From a virus, in the IMG/VR virus record IMGVR_UViG_3300034257_000053, positions 5,486-69,485 of that record: a DNA stretch of 64,000 bases. One strand, given 5' to 3'. The notes beneath the pieces are model-generated. The model saw only the letters and a program-made list of their open reading frames with translations, had not been told where the DNA came from and did not search any database. The stretch's first letter is position 1. Every line of letters starts with the position of its first letter. The position numbers and the translations under genes were made by a program. Below are positions 32,249-42,362 of this stretch, one piece after another.

Positions 32249-34205
32249 GCGAAGGCTCGCCGAGCTTTTCGATCTCGCGCCGATCGTGCAGGCCCATACT
32301 TGGGGGCACGAGAACCGGACCTATCCGCCGACCTCGGGCGTGCCGGGCAAGCGCGATCCTGCGCTGACGCCGTACATCATTCCGTTCGAGCGGTTCTTCG
32401 ACCTGCCGTGCGAGGAGGTCCCGGAATCTCGTTACGAAACCTGTGTGCTGATCACCGGCACGCAGATGTCCAAGACCGACGCAATTCTCGATGCGATCGG
32501 AAGCCGCCTCGATACGCGGCCGCGGCCGCAACTCTATGTCGGTCCGTCGAAAGATTTCGTGACGGACCAATTCGAGCCGCGTCTGATGACGCTGTTCGAT
32601 GAAGCGCCGCGGCTGGCAGCGCGGGTAGCGCGCGGCAAGCGCAACAAGAAGGTCAAGAAATACGTCAACGGGGTTGGCGTCCGCCTCGCCTGGGCGGGAT
32701 CGCCGACGTCGCTGTCATCGGATCAGGCCGGCGACATCTATGTCGATGAGTACGACAAGATGTTCGCGTCTGGGCGCGGCAACCCGTTCGTCAAAGCCAA
32801 GGCGCGCGCCGACACCTACGACGATCGCAAGATCGCCCTCACCTCGACGCCGAGCAAGGGTCTTGTCGGCATCGAGAAGGACGCGAAGTCGGGCCTTGAG
32901 TTCTGGCAGCTCGTCGACCCGAAGGATCTGCAGAGCCCGATTTGGGTGCGCTGGCAAACCGGCACGCGGCATCACTTCGCATGGTGCTGTCCGCATTGCG
33001 ATGGCTGGTTCATTCCGCGCTATCGCAACCTCGCGCATCCGAAGGACGCGTCGCCGGCCGAAGCCCGGCGCAACACCTGGCTGGTGTGTCCGCGCTGCGA
33101 GAAGAAGATCGACGAGCGCCACAAGACCGCGATGAACACACGCGGCGACATCGTGGCGCCGGGTCAGAAATTCGACAGGAGCGGAAAGGTCGTCGGCGAT
33201 CCGATCGACTCGACCGTGCTGTCGCTATGGGTGTCCGGTCTGTGCTCACCGTTCGTCACTTGGGGCGAGCGCGTCGAGGAAGTGATGCTCGCGAAAGCGA
33301 GCGGCGACAGCGAAGCCGAGGCCGATGCGTTCAACAAGGTCGGCGAACTGTATTCGCCGCTCGGCCTCAACGTCGCCGAGTGGAAAACCGTCGCCGATCA
33401 CCGTGCGCCATACCGTGTCGGCGAAGTGCCGGATGACGCGGTCTATCTCGCGCTCACGGTCGACGTGCAGAAAAATCGCCTGCCATGGGTGATCCGCGGG
33501 CACGGCGCGCGCGCAACGTCTTGGCTGATCGACTCCGGAAACCTGCTCGGCGAGACCGTCGAGGAACTGGTCTGGGACGAGCTTGCCGATCTGCTGCAGG
33601 ATCCGATCAACGGCATTCCGATCCGACTGTGCCTGATCGACTCCGGCTTCCGACCCGGCAAGCCGATCACGCTGCCGCTGAATCGCATCTACGAGTTCTG
33701 CCGCCGCTTCCCGCGGCAGGTGCGCCCGACCAAGGGCTCGTCGAACCCGATGCGCGTGCCGCTGGTGACGTCGAAGATCGAAGTCACGACCGCCGGCACG
33801 AAGTCGAAATACGGTCTCGAGCTCCTGCGGCTCGATCCCGATCACTTCAAGTCCTGGGTGCACGAGCGCCTTGAATGGCCGTCGGACAAGCCCGGCGCCT
33901 GGCATCTCTATGAAGGGGTGTCGGAGGACTACTGCAAGCAGATCGTTTCGGAAGTTCGCGTGGTAGCGCCGTCGGGCAAGGCCGCATGGGTGCAGCGATC
34001 GCGCGAGAACCACTTCCTCGACTGCGAGGCGCTGCAGGCCGCGGCCAGTTGGGTGATGAACATGCAGCGGATGACCGAGGACGCTGCGCAGCGCCTTATT
34101 CGCCAGCGCGACGCACTCAGGGTCTCGAAAGAAGAATTGCCTGCGCCGGCCGCGATGAAGGCGAAGGGTGTTCGGCGACTGTCACAACTTAACAAGCGGA
34201 CATGA
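32196..34205 (+). CDS. Terminase large subunit, lambda gpA family
   Basis: TPY, TQMSKT, YVDEYD, TSTP, CPHC/CPRC, TVDVQ, IDSG, NHFLDCE. Confidence 0.95.
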   Translation: MTHSPAHQSERERHRTLERRLAELFDLAPIVQAHTWGHENRTYPPTSGVPGKRDPALTPYIIPFERFFDLPCEEVPESRYETCVLITGTQMSKTDAILDAIGSRLDTRPRPQLYVGPSKDFVTDQFEPRLMTLFDEAPRLAARVARGKRNKKVKKYVNGVGVRLAWAGSPTSLSSDQAGDIYVDEYDKMFASGRGNPFVKAKARADTYDDRKIALTSTPSKGLVGIEKDAKSGLEFWQLVDPKDLQSPIWVRWQTGTRHHFAWCCPHCDGWFIPRYRNLAHPKDASPAEARRNTWLVCPRCEKKIDERHKTAMNTRGDIVAPGQKFDRSGKVVGDPIDSTVLSLWVSGLCSPFVTWGERVEEVMLAKASGDSEAEADAFNKVGELYSPLGLNVAEWKTVADHRAPYRVGEVPDDAVYLALTVDVQKNRLPWVIRGHGARATSWLIDSGNLLGETVEELVWDELADLLQDPINGIPIRLCLIDSGFRPGKPITLPLNRIYEFCRRFPRQVRPTKGSSNPMRVPLVTSKIEVTTAGTKSKYGLELLRLDPDHFKSWVHERLEWPSDKPGAWHLYEGVSEDYCKQIVSEVRVVAPSGKAAWVQRSRENHFLDCEALQAAASWVMNMQRMTEDAAQRLIRQRDALRVSKEELPAPAAMKAKGVRRLSQLNKRT

Positions 34206-34212
34206 GGGCGAA

Positions 34213-34464
34213 ATGGACCGCAGGAAATTCCTCGCCGGCAGCGCTGCCGCCGCCGCGCTTGTGCTCGTGCCGGCCGACGCCTTGCGGCGCGTGGTCGACG
34301 TCGCGCCGAGGCTCGCGGACGCGAATGATTTTCAGAGCTTCCAGGCGATGTTGCTGCGGAAGGTCGCGGACGCGATGGCAATGCCGTACGAGGCGTTGAT
34401 CGCAGACTTCAACGCCGCGTCCTACAGCGCTTGTCGCGCTCGCGTTGCGGAGCTTGCGGCCTGA
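34213..34464 (+). CDS. 83-aa protein: twin-arginine-like leader plus portal-like fragment
   Basis: MDRRKFLAGSAAAAALV; C-terminus aligns with this phage's portal; fills the terL-gpW gap. Confidence 0.7.
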   Translation: MDRRKFLAGSAAAAALVLVPADALRRVVDVAPRLADANDFQSFQAMLLRKVADAMAMPYEALIADFNAASYSACRARVAELAA

Positions 34465-34465
34465 C

Positions 34466-34684
34466 ATGGCGACGACCGAGGAGCTCGAGGAGGCGAGACG
34501 CATTCGCCGCGTGCTGATCACCCAGGGCGGCGTGAAAAAGCTGACCGAAGGCGACCGCACGATGGAGTTCTCGCTGCCGTCGATCAGCACACTCGACGCC
34601 TACATCAACCGGCTCGAGTCCGAACTCGGAGTTCCGCTCACCTCGTTCACCAAGCGCATCCAGTCGCGCCCGGTCTGGTTCTGA
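34466..34684 (+). CDS. gpW-like head completion protein
   Basis: GDRTMEF...L.AYI.RLE.ELG; located between terL and portal. Confidence 0.8.
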   Translation: MATTEELEEARRIRRVLITQGGVKKLTEGDRTMEFSLPSISTLDAYINRLESELGVPLTSFTKRIQSRPVWF

Positions 34685-34696
34685 TCGAGGGTCAGC

Positions 34697-36316
34697 ATGG
34701 ACAACGCGCCGGCCATTCTCGGACCGGACGGCCTGGCCGTTCGCCGCCGCCCCCGTATGGGCGCGAACGCTTTCGTCGGAGCGTCGCGCACGCATCCTGA
34801 CCTTGCGCTGTGGACGCCGTGGAATTATTCGCCGGCGACGGCAATGCATCAGGATCGCGACATGCTCATGTCGCGCATCCACGACGTCGGCCGGAATGAC
34901 GGCTGGGCGTCCGCCGGCATGTCGCGGATGGTCGATGCGGCGATCGGCGCGAAGCTCAATCTGTCGGCGACGCCCATCGCGAGCCGGCTTGGCATCGAGC
35001 AAGAAGAAGCCGACGACCTCGCGGATAAGATCGAGGATGCGTTCGACGAGTACGCGAACGATCCGCGCTTCTACAACGACGCGCAGCGTCGCCAGCCGTT
35101 GGGCGGGCAGATCGCGACGGCGTTCCGTCATCGTCTCGGAGATGGTGAGGCCTTCGGCGTTCTGCACTTCGACGAGAGCCAGCCAATCTCGACTTGTCTC
35201 GAGGTCGTACATCCGGATCGCTGCAAGACGCCGAAGGGACGTCGCGAAGGGGATGGCGTTCGAACGGGCGTAGAACTTGGCAAACGCGGCGCGCCGATCG
35301 GCTATCACTTTCTGACGCAGCATCCCGGCGAACGCACGTTCGGATTTCCGGGGCTCAATCAGCAGACGGCCTACGTGCCGCGCTGGACATCGTTCGGCCG
35401 GCCGATCGTCGTGCACATGTTCGAGACGACGGAAGCCGGGCAGGTGCGCGGCGTCCCGGTGCTGGCGACGGTTGTCAAGAAACTGCGCATGCTCGGCCGC
35501 TACGATGAGGCCGAACTGCAGGCGGCCGTACTGAATGCGGTGCTTGCTGCCTTCATCGAGTCGCCGAACGACCCCGAGCAGATTGCCAACGCGATCGGCG
35601 CCGGCGGTCCGGAAAATGCGGATCTGTCCGCGCGGCAGGAATTGCGCACCACGATCTATGACGAGGTGCCGGTCAAGGTCGACGGCGTTCGGATCAACTT
35701 CCTTGCGCCTGGCGACAAGGCGAACTTTCTTGATGCGAAGCACCCGAACGCGGTCTACGAGCCGTTCGTTCGCGCGGCGCTTCGCAACATCGCATCGGCC
35801 CTTGGCCTCTCCTACGAGCAGCTCTCGATGGATTGGGGCCAGGTCAACTATTCGTCGGCGCGCGCGGCGCTGATCGAGGTCTGGCGCGGTGTTACGGCGC
35901 GGCGCGACCTGTTCGCCGCGATGTATCTGCAGCCGATCTATTCCGCCTGGCTCGAGGAAGTGCTCGACAAGCGCATCGTCATTGCGCCGAAGAAGGCGAA
36001 GCCGTTCCGCGAGGCGGTCGGTGCATGGACCAGCGCGGAATGGATCGGCCCCGGCCGCGGCTGGGTCGATCCGTTGAAGGAAGCGAATGCGGCGATCGCG
36101 CGCATCGCCTCCGGTCTGTCCAACTACAAGCGTGAGTGCGCCGAGCAAGGCATCGACTGGAAGGACAACTTCCGTCAGGTCTCGCGCGAGCGCCGTTGGA
36201 TGGACCAGCACAAGGAACTGCAGTTCTCACTCGACGGCGTGCCGATGCCGCCGGAGCCGGATCAAGACACGCAAGACGCAAATGTGCGTCGCACTGCGGC
36301 AGGGGCAGCGGCATGA
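34697..36316 (+). CDS. Portal protein, lambda family
   Basis: RND.WA, DGE.F, GQVRGVP, LGLSYEQLS.DW..VNYSSARA, W.DP.KE. Confidence 0.96.
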   Translation: MDNAPAILGPDGLAVRRRPRMGANAFVGASRTHPDLALWTPWNYSPATAMHQDRDMLMSRIHDVGRNDGWASAGMSRMVDAAIGAKLNLSATPIASRLGIEQEEADDLADKIEDAFDEYANDPRFYNDAQRRQPLGGQIATAFRHRLGDGEAFGVLHFDESQPISTCLEVVHPDRCKTPKGRREGDGVRTGVELGKRGAPIGYHFLTQHPGERTFGFPGLNQQTAYVPRWTSFGRPIVVHMFETTEAGQVRGVPVLATVVKKLRMLGRYDEAELQAAVLNAVLAAFIESPNDPEQIANAIGAGGPENADLSARQELRTTIYDEVPVKVDGVRINFLAPGDKANFLDAKHPNAVYEPFVRAALRNIASALGLSYEQLSMDWGQVNYSSARAALIEVWRGVTARRDLFAAMYLQPIYSAWLEEVLDKRIVIAPKKAKPFREAVGAWTSAEWIGPGRGWVDPLKEANAAIARIASGLSNYKRECAEQGIDWKDNFRQVSRERRWMDQHKELQFSLDGVPMPPEPDQDTQDANVRRTAAGAAA

Positions 36317-37734
36317 TCCCATTCCATCAGGTGCGGCGTCGGTTGTTCAATCAGCCACTCTTGGTGACGCAAGCCGCTGGCGAGGCTGTCAGCACCGTCG
36401 TGCTTGAGCGGCTGATGGAAGGCCGCGGTGGCCAGGGCAGTGCGGAGGATAGCGGCGAAACGCGACAGGGTTTTCGCGGCACTCAGCGCGCAGACGGGTC
36501 GGTGGAAGTCTACAAGGCGCGCACCAGTCGCTTCTACGGCGACTATCCGATCGATCCCGACTCAAACGGCCGCCCAAAACCCTATCGCCGCACCGAGCAG
36601 GGTACGGCGATTATCACGATCATCGGCGAACTGGTGAATCGCGGTGCTTGGGTCGGTGCATCGTCCGGGCTCGTGTCCTATGAGGGCATCAAGCACCAAG
36701 TGCTGACGGCGCTTGCCGACGCGCGCGTGCGCAACGTCATCATGGACTACGAGACGCCTGGCGGCGAGGTGGTCGGCGCGATGGAGTGCGCCGCGGAGAT
36801 CCGCAAGCTCGCTGCCGAGAAGAATGTCGTCGCGGTGGTCAACGGCATGGCGTGCTCGGGTGGCTACAAGCTTGCCACGGGCGCCCGGCGCATCGTCACG
36901 ATGGCAAGCGGCCTTTCCGCGCACATCGGCGTGGTGATGCTGCATATGGACTGGTCGGCGTGGCTTAAAGACAACGGCATCAAGCCGACCTTCATCTTCG
37001 TCGGCGACCACAAGGTCGACGGAAATCCGTTCGAGGTGTTGCCCGAGTCCGTGCGCGCGAGATTTAAGGGCGAGTGCGAAAAGTATTACGCGGATTTCGT
37101 CGCGACGGTTCTCGCGGGCCGCAAGAATCTGACCGAGCAGCAGGTCCGCGCGACGCAGGCGCTCGCCTACAAGGGCGACGATGCGGTCAAGCTCGGTCTC
37201 GCCGACGAGATCGGCACCTTCGAGGATGTTCTGGCCGAGCTGTCTCGGCCGACCACGCGTTCCACCTCCAAACCGATGAGGAGCTCGACCATGGCCAACG
37301 AGAATACGGCCGAAAATCCGGACGTCGTCACGCGCGGCGATCACGACAAGGCCGTGAAGACGGCAGGCGACACCGCCCGCACCGAGGGTGAGTCCGTCGG
37401 TGTCAAGAAGGGCGAAGATGCCGCGAAAGCGCGTGTCTCGGCGATCATGAATCACGAGGAAGCGAAGGGTCGCGAAGCGACCGCGCAGAGCTTCGCCCTC
37501 AATACCGCGATGACGGTCGACGAGGCCGTTGCGGCGCTCAAGACCGTGCCGAAGGCCGAGGCCGGCAAGCCGTCGTTGGCTGCCGAGATGCGCAGCGAGC
37601 CGAAGCCGAATCTCGGCGAGCCGCCGGCGCCTGCCGGCACCCAAGGCGCCAAGAGCAACTACGACAAGGGCCGCGAGATCGCGATGCGCGCCAAGGGCAA
37701 GGATCCGGCCGCTGCGGCTGCCGCCGCGAGGTAA
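36313..37734 (+). CDS. S49 head maturation protease/scaffold (gpC-like), internal Nu3-like start at 37291
   Basis: ETPGGEV, ACSGGY.LA, HIGVV, KVDGNP, GLADEI; GAGGAG-N6-ATG at 37291. Confidence 0.9.
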   Translation: MIPFHQVRRRLFNQPLLVTQAAGEAVSTVVLERLMEGRGGQGSAEDSGETRQGFRGTQRADGSVEVYKARTSRFYGDYPIDPDSNGRPKPYRRTEQGTAIITIIGELVNRGAWVGASSGLVSYEGIKHQVLTALADARVRNVIMDYETPGGEVVGAMECAAEIRKLAAEKNVVAVVNGMACSGGYKLATGARRIVTMASGLSAHIGVVMLHMDWSAWLKDNGIKPTFIFVGDHKVDGNPFEVLPESVRARFKGECEKYYADFVATVLAGRKNLTEQQVRATQALAYKGDDAVKLGLADEIGTFEDVLAELSRPTTRSTSKPMRSSTMANENTAENPDVVTRGDHDKAVKTAGDTARTEGESVGVKKGEDAAKARVSAIMNHEEAKGREATAQSFALNTAMTVDEAVAALKTVPKAEAGKPSLAAEMRSEPKPNLGEPPAPAGTQGAKSNYDKGREIAMRAKGKDPAAAAAAAR

Positions 37735-37803
37735 CGACGTCCAGTAGCGCGACGACATTCCGTGCCGCGCGCATATCCCCGAAACGCTAACGGAGGTTAG
37801 GTC

Positions 37804-38457
37804 ATGGAGACCGCCACGTACGATCCCACCGGCCTGATCGCCGGGCCGTTCCCCATCGTGTCGAAGTCCGGCACGGTTCTCACCGGGCAAAATCTCGTGC
37901 GTGGCACCGCGCTCGGCCGCATCCTTGCCGGCGCCGTGACCGTCGCGGCCAAGGCCGGCGGCAACACCGGCGGCGGCACGCTCACGCTCGATGCGACCAC
38001 GCCGAAGCTCGCCGGTGCGAAGCCTTCGGTCATCGAAGTGCGGGCCATCGCGGCCGCGACCAACAGCGGAACCTTCCGCGCGACGGAAGTCGCCGGCGGG
38101 GTCCGCACGTTCCTCGGCGATTTCGCGGTCGGCGACACCTTTGCCAACAAGGTCAAGTTCGTCGTCGCCGACGTCGGCGCCGACTTCATCGTGGGCGACG
38201 GGTTCGACATCACGATCGCCGCCGGCAGCAAGAAGCTGGTGAAGTCGCTCGCCGCGGCGGTCGACGGCTCCGAAAAGCCGTTCGCGGTCCTCGCGGCCGA
38301 CGTCGATGCGACCGATGCCGATCGCGCCGCGCCCTATTACGTGTCGGGCGAGTTCGCCACCAGCAAGATGACCTTCGGTGCCGGCCATACGGCCGACACG
38401 GTCGAGGACGCGTTCCGCGACAACAACACGCCGATCTTCCTCAAAGTCCTCAACTGA
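37804..38457 (+). CDS. Head decoration protein (gpD-like) with inserted domain
   Basis: GQNL.RGT.LG, DGSEKP.AVLA.DVDA, Y.SGEF. Confidence 0.85.
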   Translation: METATYDPTGLIAGPFPIVSKSGTVLTGQNLVRGTALGRILAGAVTVAAKAGGNTGGGTLTLDATTPKLAGAKPSVIEVRAIAAATNSGTFRATEVAGGVRTFLGDFAVGDTFANKVKFVVADVGADFIVGDGFDITIAAGSKKLVKSLAAAVDGSEKPFAVLAADVDATDADRAAPYYVSGEFATSKMTFGAGHTADTVEDAFRDNNTPIFLKVLN

Positions 38458-38569
38458 TCCGGCGGGCTGTTCCGCCGAACGCGTTTCCCGAAATCACCAG
38501 CGGGCTTTTGGGGCGCGGCTGCAGCGATGCGGCCGCGTCACGGCCTCGCTCATTTTCACGGAGGTTGCT

Positions 38570-39592
38570 GTGCAACTCTACGATACGATGACCCTGCTGG
38601 GGATGGTCGATGCGCTCGACAAGCCGCGCCGCTTCATCTTCGACCGCTTCTTCTCCACGGCGACGATCACGTTCGACACCGAGGAGATCATGTTCGACAA
38701 GATCTCCTCGTCGCGCCGCATCGCGCCCTATGTGTCGCCCGACATTCCCGGCAAAGCGCAGGCTCTGCGCGGGTCGGTCGCGCAGACCTTCAAACCGGCT
38801 TATGTGAAGCCGAAGTCTCCGATTGCGCCCGGTGCGGTGATCAAGCGCCGGCCCGGCGAGCGGATCTCGGGCGAGATGTCGCCCGCGGAGCGGTTCGACC
38901 GCATCATCGTGCAGACGCTCGAGGACCACGACAGTGAGATCGCCCGCCGCGAGGAACTCATGGCGATCGAGATCATGCGCACCGGGAAGGTGATCGTGGA
39001 GTCCGAAGACTTCCCGCGCATGGTGGTCGACTTCGTACGCCCCGCGGGGCACACCAAGTTGCTCACCAGCGGCGATCGCTGGGGCGAGACCGGCGTGGTG
39101 CCCAGCGAGAACATCGTGACGTGGGCGCAGGAAGTGCATGATGGCTCCGGCGCGCATCCGAGCCAGGTCATCATGGACCCGCTCGCGGCCGGCTTGTTCA
39201 TCAAGGACGAGAAGGTCCAGAAGATCCTCGACAACCGCCGGCAGCGCGGCGGCGAGATGCAGTTCATGGGCCAGAACACCGGCCAGGGCATCGAAGCCGT
39301 GAGCCTCGGCTCGATCGGCCAGTTCGAGTTCTTCCAGTACCAGCAGCTCTACAAAGAGGGCGGCACCACCAAGAAGATGATGCCCGACTACACGGTGCTG
39401 CTCGGCTCCGCCGGTATCGAGGGTTACGCCACCTACGGCGCCATCCAGGATCTCGAGGCGCTGCGCGCGATGGAGCGCTTCTCCAAGATGTGGGAGGAGA
39501 AGGACCCCTCCGTCGCGATGCTGCTGACGCAGTCCGCGCCGCTGCCGGTGCCGGCGCGCGTCGAAGCGTCGGCCTGCATCACGGTCCGCTAG
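38570..39592 (+). CDS. Major capsid protein, lambda gpE family
   Basis: FDTEEI.FD, APYVSP..G, FKPAYVKPK, R.E.MA, QSAPLP.P. Confidence 0.95.
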   Translation: MQLYDTMTLLGMVDALDKPRRFIFDRFFSTATITFDTEEIMFDKISSSRRIAPYVSPDIPGKAQALRGSVAQTFKPAYVKPKSPIAPGAVIKRRPGERISGEMSPAERFDRIIVQTLEDHDSEIARREELMAIEIMRTGKVIVESEDFPRMVVDFVRPAGHTKLLTSGDRWGETGVVPSENIVTWAQEVHDGSGAHPSQVIMDPLAAGLFIKDEKVQKILDNRRQRGGEMQFMGQNTGQGIEAVSLGSIGQFEFFQYQQLYKEGGTTKKMMPDYTVLLGSAGIEGYATYGAIQDLEALRAMERFSKMWEEKDPSVAMLLTQSAPLPVPARVEASACITVR

Positions 39593-39685
39593 GCCGCCCT
39601 CACTCCCGAATGAAGGTCACCCCGCGCCGGCGGTGTCGGCGCGGGGATGTTCGCGTTTCTGCGGTCATCTGAATTTGAGGGCGCC

Positions 39686-40063
39686 ATGGCGAACGCACTG
39701 AAAAAGACAATCACGACCACGGTCACGCTGACCGTCGGCAAGGACGACAGGGGCCAGCCGATCGAGAAGCCGCCCGGTACGCCGGTCGAGCTCGATGCGG
39801 ATGAGGCCGACTCGATCCTCAAGCGCTTCGGAGGCGCGGAGGTCGGGAAGAAAGGGGTGACGGCCGCGGAGGCCCCCTCCCAGCAGCAGAAAAAGGAAGC
39901 TGGGGGCGATGGCGGCGGCGATGAGAAGGTCAATCTCGGTGACATGACGCGCAAGCAGCTCGACGCGTATGCGCAAGAGCGTCACGAACTCGACACCACC
40001 AAGCTGCAAAGCAAGGGCGATGTGATCGAGGCGATTGAGGCGGCCGCGAAGCCGAAGGGCTGA
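39686..40063 (+). CDS. Hypothetical head-associated protein
   Basis: GAGG RBS; follows the capsid gene; small C-terminal helical domain. Confidence 0.65.
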   Translation: MANALKKTITTTVTLTVGKDDRGQPIEKPPGTPVELDADEADSILKRFGGAEVGKKGVTAAEAPSQQQKKEAGGDGGGDEKVNLGDMTRKQLDAYAQERHELDTTKLQSKGDVIEAIEAAAKPKG

Positions 40064-40467
40064 TGCCCTCGCGGTTTGCAACCGAATTGGCGGCTCGGTC
40101 TCCAGTTCTCGACGATTATTTCGGCGAGATGCTGCGGATCGAGCCGCAATCGGAGGGCGGGGAGTTCCTTGCCGAAGGCGCCGATCCTGATCGCCCGGCA
40201 TACGATATCGTCGGCACGTTCCGGCCCAAGACCTCTCTCGTGCCGATGCGGCAGACGCTCGGCGGTTCATCGGCCGATGCGGTGAACGTTACCGCGTCGC
40301 TGGACCATTTCAGTTTCCTCAAGTCGGTGCTCGGCGATCCCGCGCGCTGGCCGCGTGCGGGGGACCGTATCGTGCGCACGGAAGAACCGGGCACGCCGCG
40401 CTTCAAGGTCTCGCGCGTGTTCGATGACGGGCTCGTCCGGCACGGCTGCGTCGTGGTGCCGGTCTAA
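40063..40467 (+). CDS. Head-tail joining protein
   Basis: Position; PR.GDRI motif. Confidence 0.6.
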   Translation: MPSRFATELAARSPVLDDYFGEMLRIEPQSEGGEFLAEGADPDRPAYDIVGTFRPKTSLVPMRQTLGGSSADAVNVTASLDHFSFLKSVLGDPARWPRAGDRIVRTEEPGTPRFKVSRVFDDGLVRHGCVVVPV

Positions 40468-41279
40468 TGAGCAACCTGGTTTCATTCGCGCTGCGGCTGA
40501 TCGTATGCCGCGCGCTGCTCAACAAGACCTTCGCCGGTGCGCGCGTGCTCAATCAACCCGTCGAACCGCTCGACGATCTGCTGGCTGACGGCGCGCCAAA
40601 GATTCCGCTGCTCGCCGTGTTCACCTCCGATGTCGAGCGCGATGGAGAAGGCCGCGACCTGACGGGCGCGGAACAGACGATCGGCATCTCGATCCAGGTG
40701 CTGATCCCGCCGGAAGTCGAGATTGCCGCGCTGGCGTTCAAGGCGCGCGGCGCGGGAGCGGCCGCGCTGATCGACTTTACCTGGCGCCAGGTTGCCCGCG
40801 CGCTCGTGGTCGAGACCGGCCCGTGGGCGAAGCTGTTCTCGCTATTCGTCGCTCACATTGAAAAGATAATGTCGAACTCGGTCCTCTATGAAGTGACCGA
40901 CGATGCGACACGCCGCGGCCTGCGTATCCCCGCGGCGGAGTTCAGCATGTCGTGCCGCACCGTGATGGAGCCGAAGTGGGGCCGCCCGCTGGCCAACCAT
41001 TGGCTTGCGCTCGACGAAGCGATGCGCACCGAGGCCGAACTCGTGCCGCTGGCCGACATGGTCAAGGATCTGATCGAGAAACCCGATGGCATGCCAAACT
41101 GGCGCGTCATTCAGGCAGCGTTCGGCTTTGGCGACGCGGAGATGCGGGCGTCGGGCCTGATGCCGGCCGACATCACCGAATCCGGCGAACCTGCGCTGCT
41201 TGAGGAGGATGGGCTTACGATCGAGCCTGCCGATCTCACGATCTCGACCCCGTTCACGCCGACTCCCACTGTTCCATGA
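40467..41279 (+). CDS. Putative neck/tail completion protein
   Basis: Position; AL...TFAG.RV. Confidence 0.55.
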   Translation: MSNLVSFALRLIVCRALLNKTFAGARVLNQPVEPLDDLLADGAPKIPLLAVFTSDVERDGEGRDLTGAEQTIGISIQVLIPPEVEIAALAFKARGAGAAALIDFTWRQVARALVVETGPWAKLFSLFVAHIEKIMSNSVLYEVTDDATRRGLRIPAAEFSMSCRTVMEPKWGRPLANHWLALDEAMRTEAELVPLADMVKDLIEKPDGMPNWRVIQAAFGFGDAEMRASGLMPADITESGEPALLEEDGLTIEPADLTISTPFTPTPTVP

Positions 41280-41977
41280 GTGCGCTGGGTGAACTGGTCG
41301 AGCGCGTCGCGGAGGTCGAGCGGCGTCAGTCGCGCATGATGCTGGCTGGGCCGGTTACCGATGTCGACGGCGAGAAGCACGTGGTGCGGATGCGCATCGG
41401 CGGCACCGACCAGGAGCCGATGAAGTCGCCGTGGATTCGTTACGCGCAGGTCGCCGGCAAGCTGAAACTGCACAGCATGCCGTCGGTCGGCCAGCAGATG
41501 ATGATGATGGCGCCCGACGGCGTTAGCGAGCAGGGGCTCGCGGTGCCGATGTATTGGTCCGACGACAATGCGGCGCCGTCGAACGATCCGGAGGAGCACG
41601 TCATCACGCTGGGTGATGCGCGCATCAGCCTGAAGAAGGACAAGATCTCGCTCAAGGTCGGCAACAGCGAGGTCGAGATCAAGAACGGCCACATCAACAT
41701 CGTCTCGCCGAAGGTGCACACGGTGGGCAAGACGCATCTCGCTGTGACGGCGAAGGATGCGGAAGTCGAGGACAAGAAGATCGTGACGACCGCCGGGCCG
41801 TCGAAGCGCGCGTTCGCCGAGATCGACGGCGAGGACACTCAGAACGACCCCGATCCGCAACCGAGCAGCGTCATCCCGAACCGTACCGAAGTCGCGGCCA
41901 TGATCGCCGCGGCCGCGCCGCCGCCAGGTGATGGTGGCGGAGGCGGCGGCGGTGGTGGTGGTGGCGGTTCCGTCTAA
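41276..41977 (+). CDS. Baseplate spike protein (P2 gpV-like)
   Basis: G.VT.VD, SPWI, PSVGQQ. Confidence 0.85.
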   Translation: MSALGELVERVAEVERRQSRMMLAGPVTDVDGEKHVVRMRIGGTDQEPMKSPWIRYAQVAGKLKLHSMPSVGQQMMMMAPDGVSEQGLAVPMYWSDDNAAPSNDPEEHVITLGDARISLKKDKISLKVGNSEVEIKNGHINIVSPKVHTVGKTHLAVTAKDAEVEDKKIVTTAGPSKRAFAEIDGEDTQNDPDPQPSSVIPNRTEVAAMIAAAAPPPGDGGGGGGGGGGGGSV

Positions 41978-41992
41978 CCCAGCGAGCACCCC

Positions 41993-42361
41993 ATGACGAA
42001 AACCTACATCATCACCGACGCAGCCGGCGAATGGGTTGCGGGCATCCGCGTGCGCCAGGGCAAGGTCGTGCTCAAGACCGAACTCGAATTGACCGTGGCG
42101 CAGGCCGAGCGCCCGCTGCGCGACGGCGATATCGTGGAACATTTGGTCACCAAGACCTACACCGTCACCAGCGAGGCCGGCGAATGGGTTGCCGGCGTGC
42201 GCGTGCGCCAGGGCAAGGTTATGCTCAAGGACGAACTCGAATTGACCGCCGCGCAGGCCGAGCATCCGCTCCGTGTCGGCGAGATCGTCTTGAAGTCGGC
42301 CGCCGCGGCGCAGAAGCCAGCGCCCGCGAAGGCGCCGCCGAAGGAAGCCAAAGAGAAGTGA
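41993..42361 (+). CDS. Small protein made of two tandem 51-aa repeats
   Basis: TKTY..T..AGEWVAG.RVRQGKV.LK.ELELT.AQAE.PLR.G.IV occurs twice. Confidence 0.8.
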   Translation: MTKTYIITDAAGEWVAGIRVRQGKVVLKTELELTVAQAERPLRDGDIVEHLVTKTYTVTSEAGEWVAGVRVRQGKVMLKDELELTAAQAEHPLRVGEIVLKSAAAAQKPAPAKAPPKEAKEK

Positions 42362-42362
42362 T

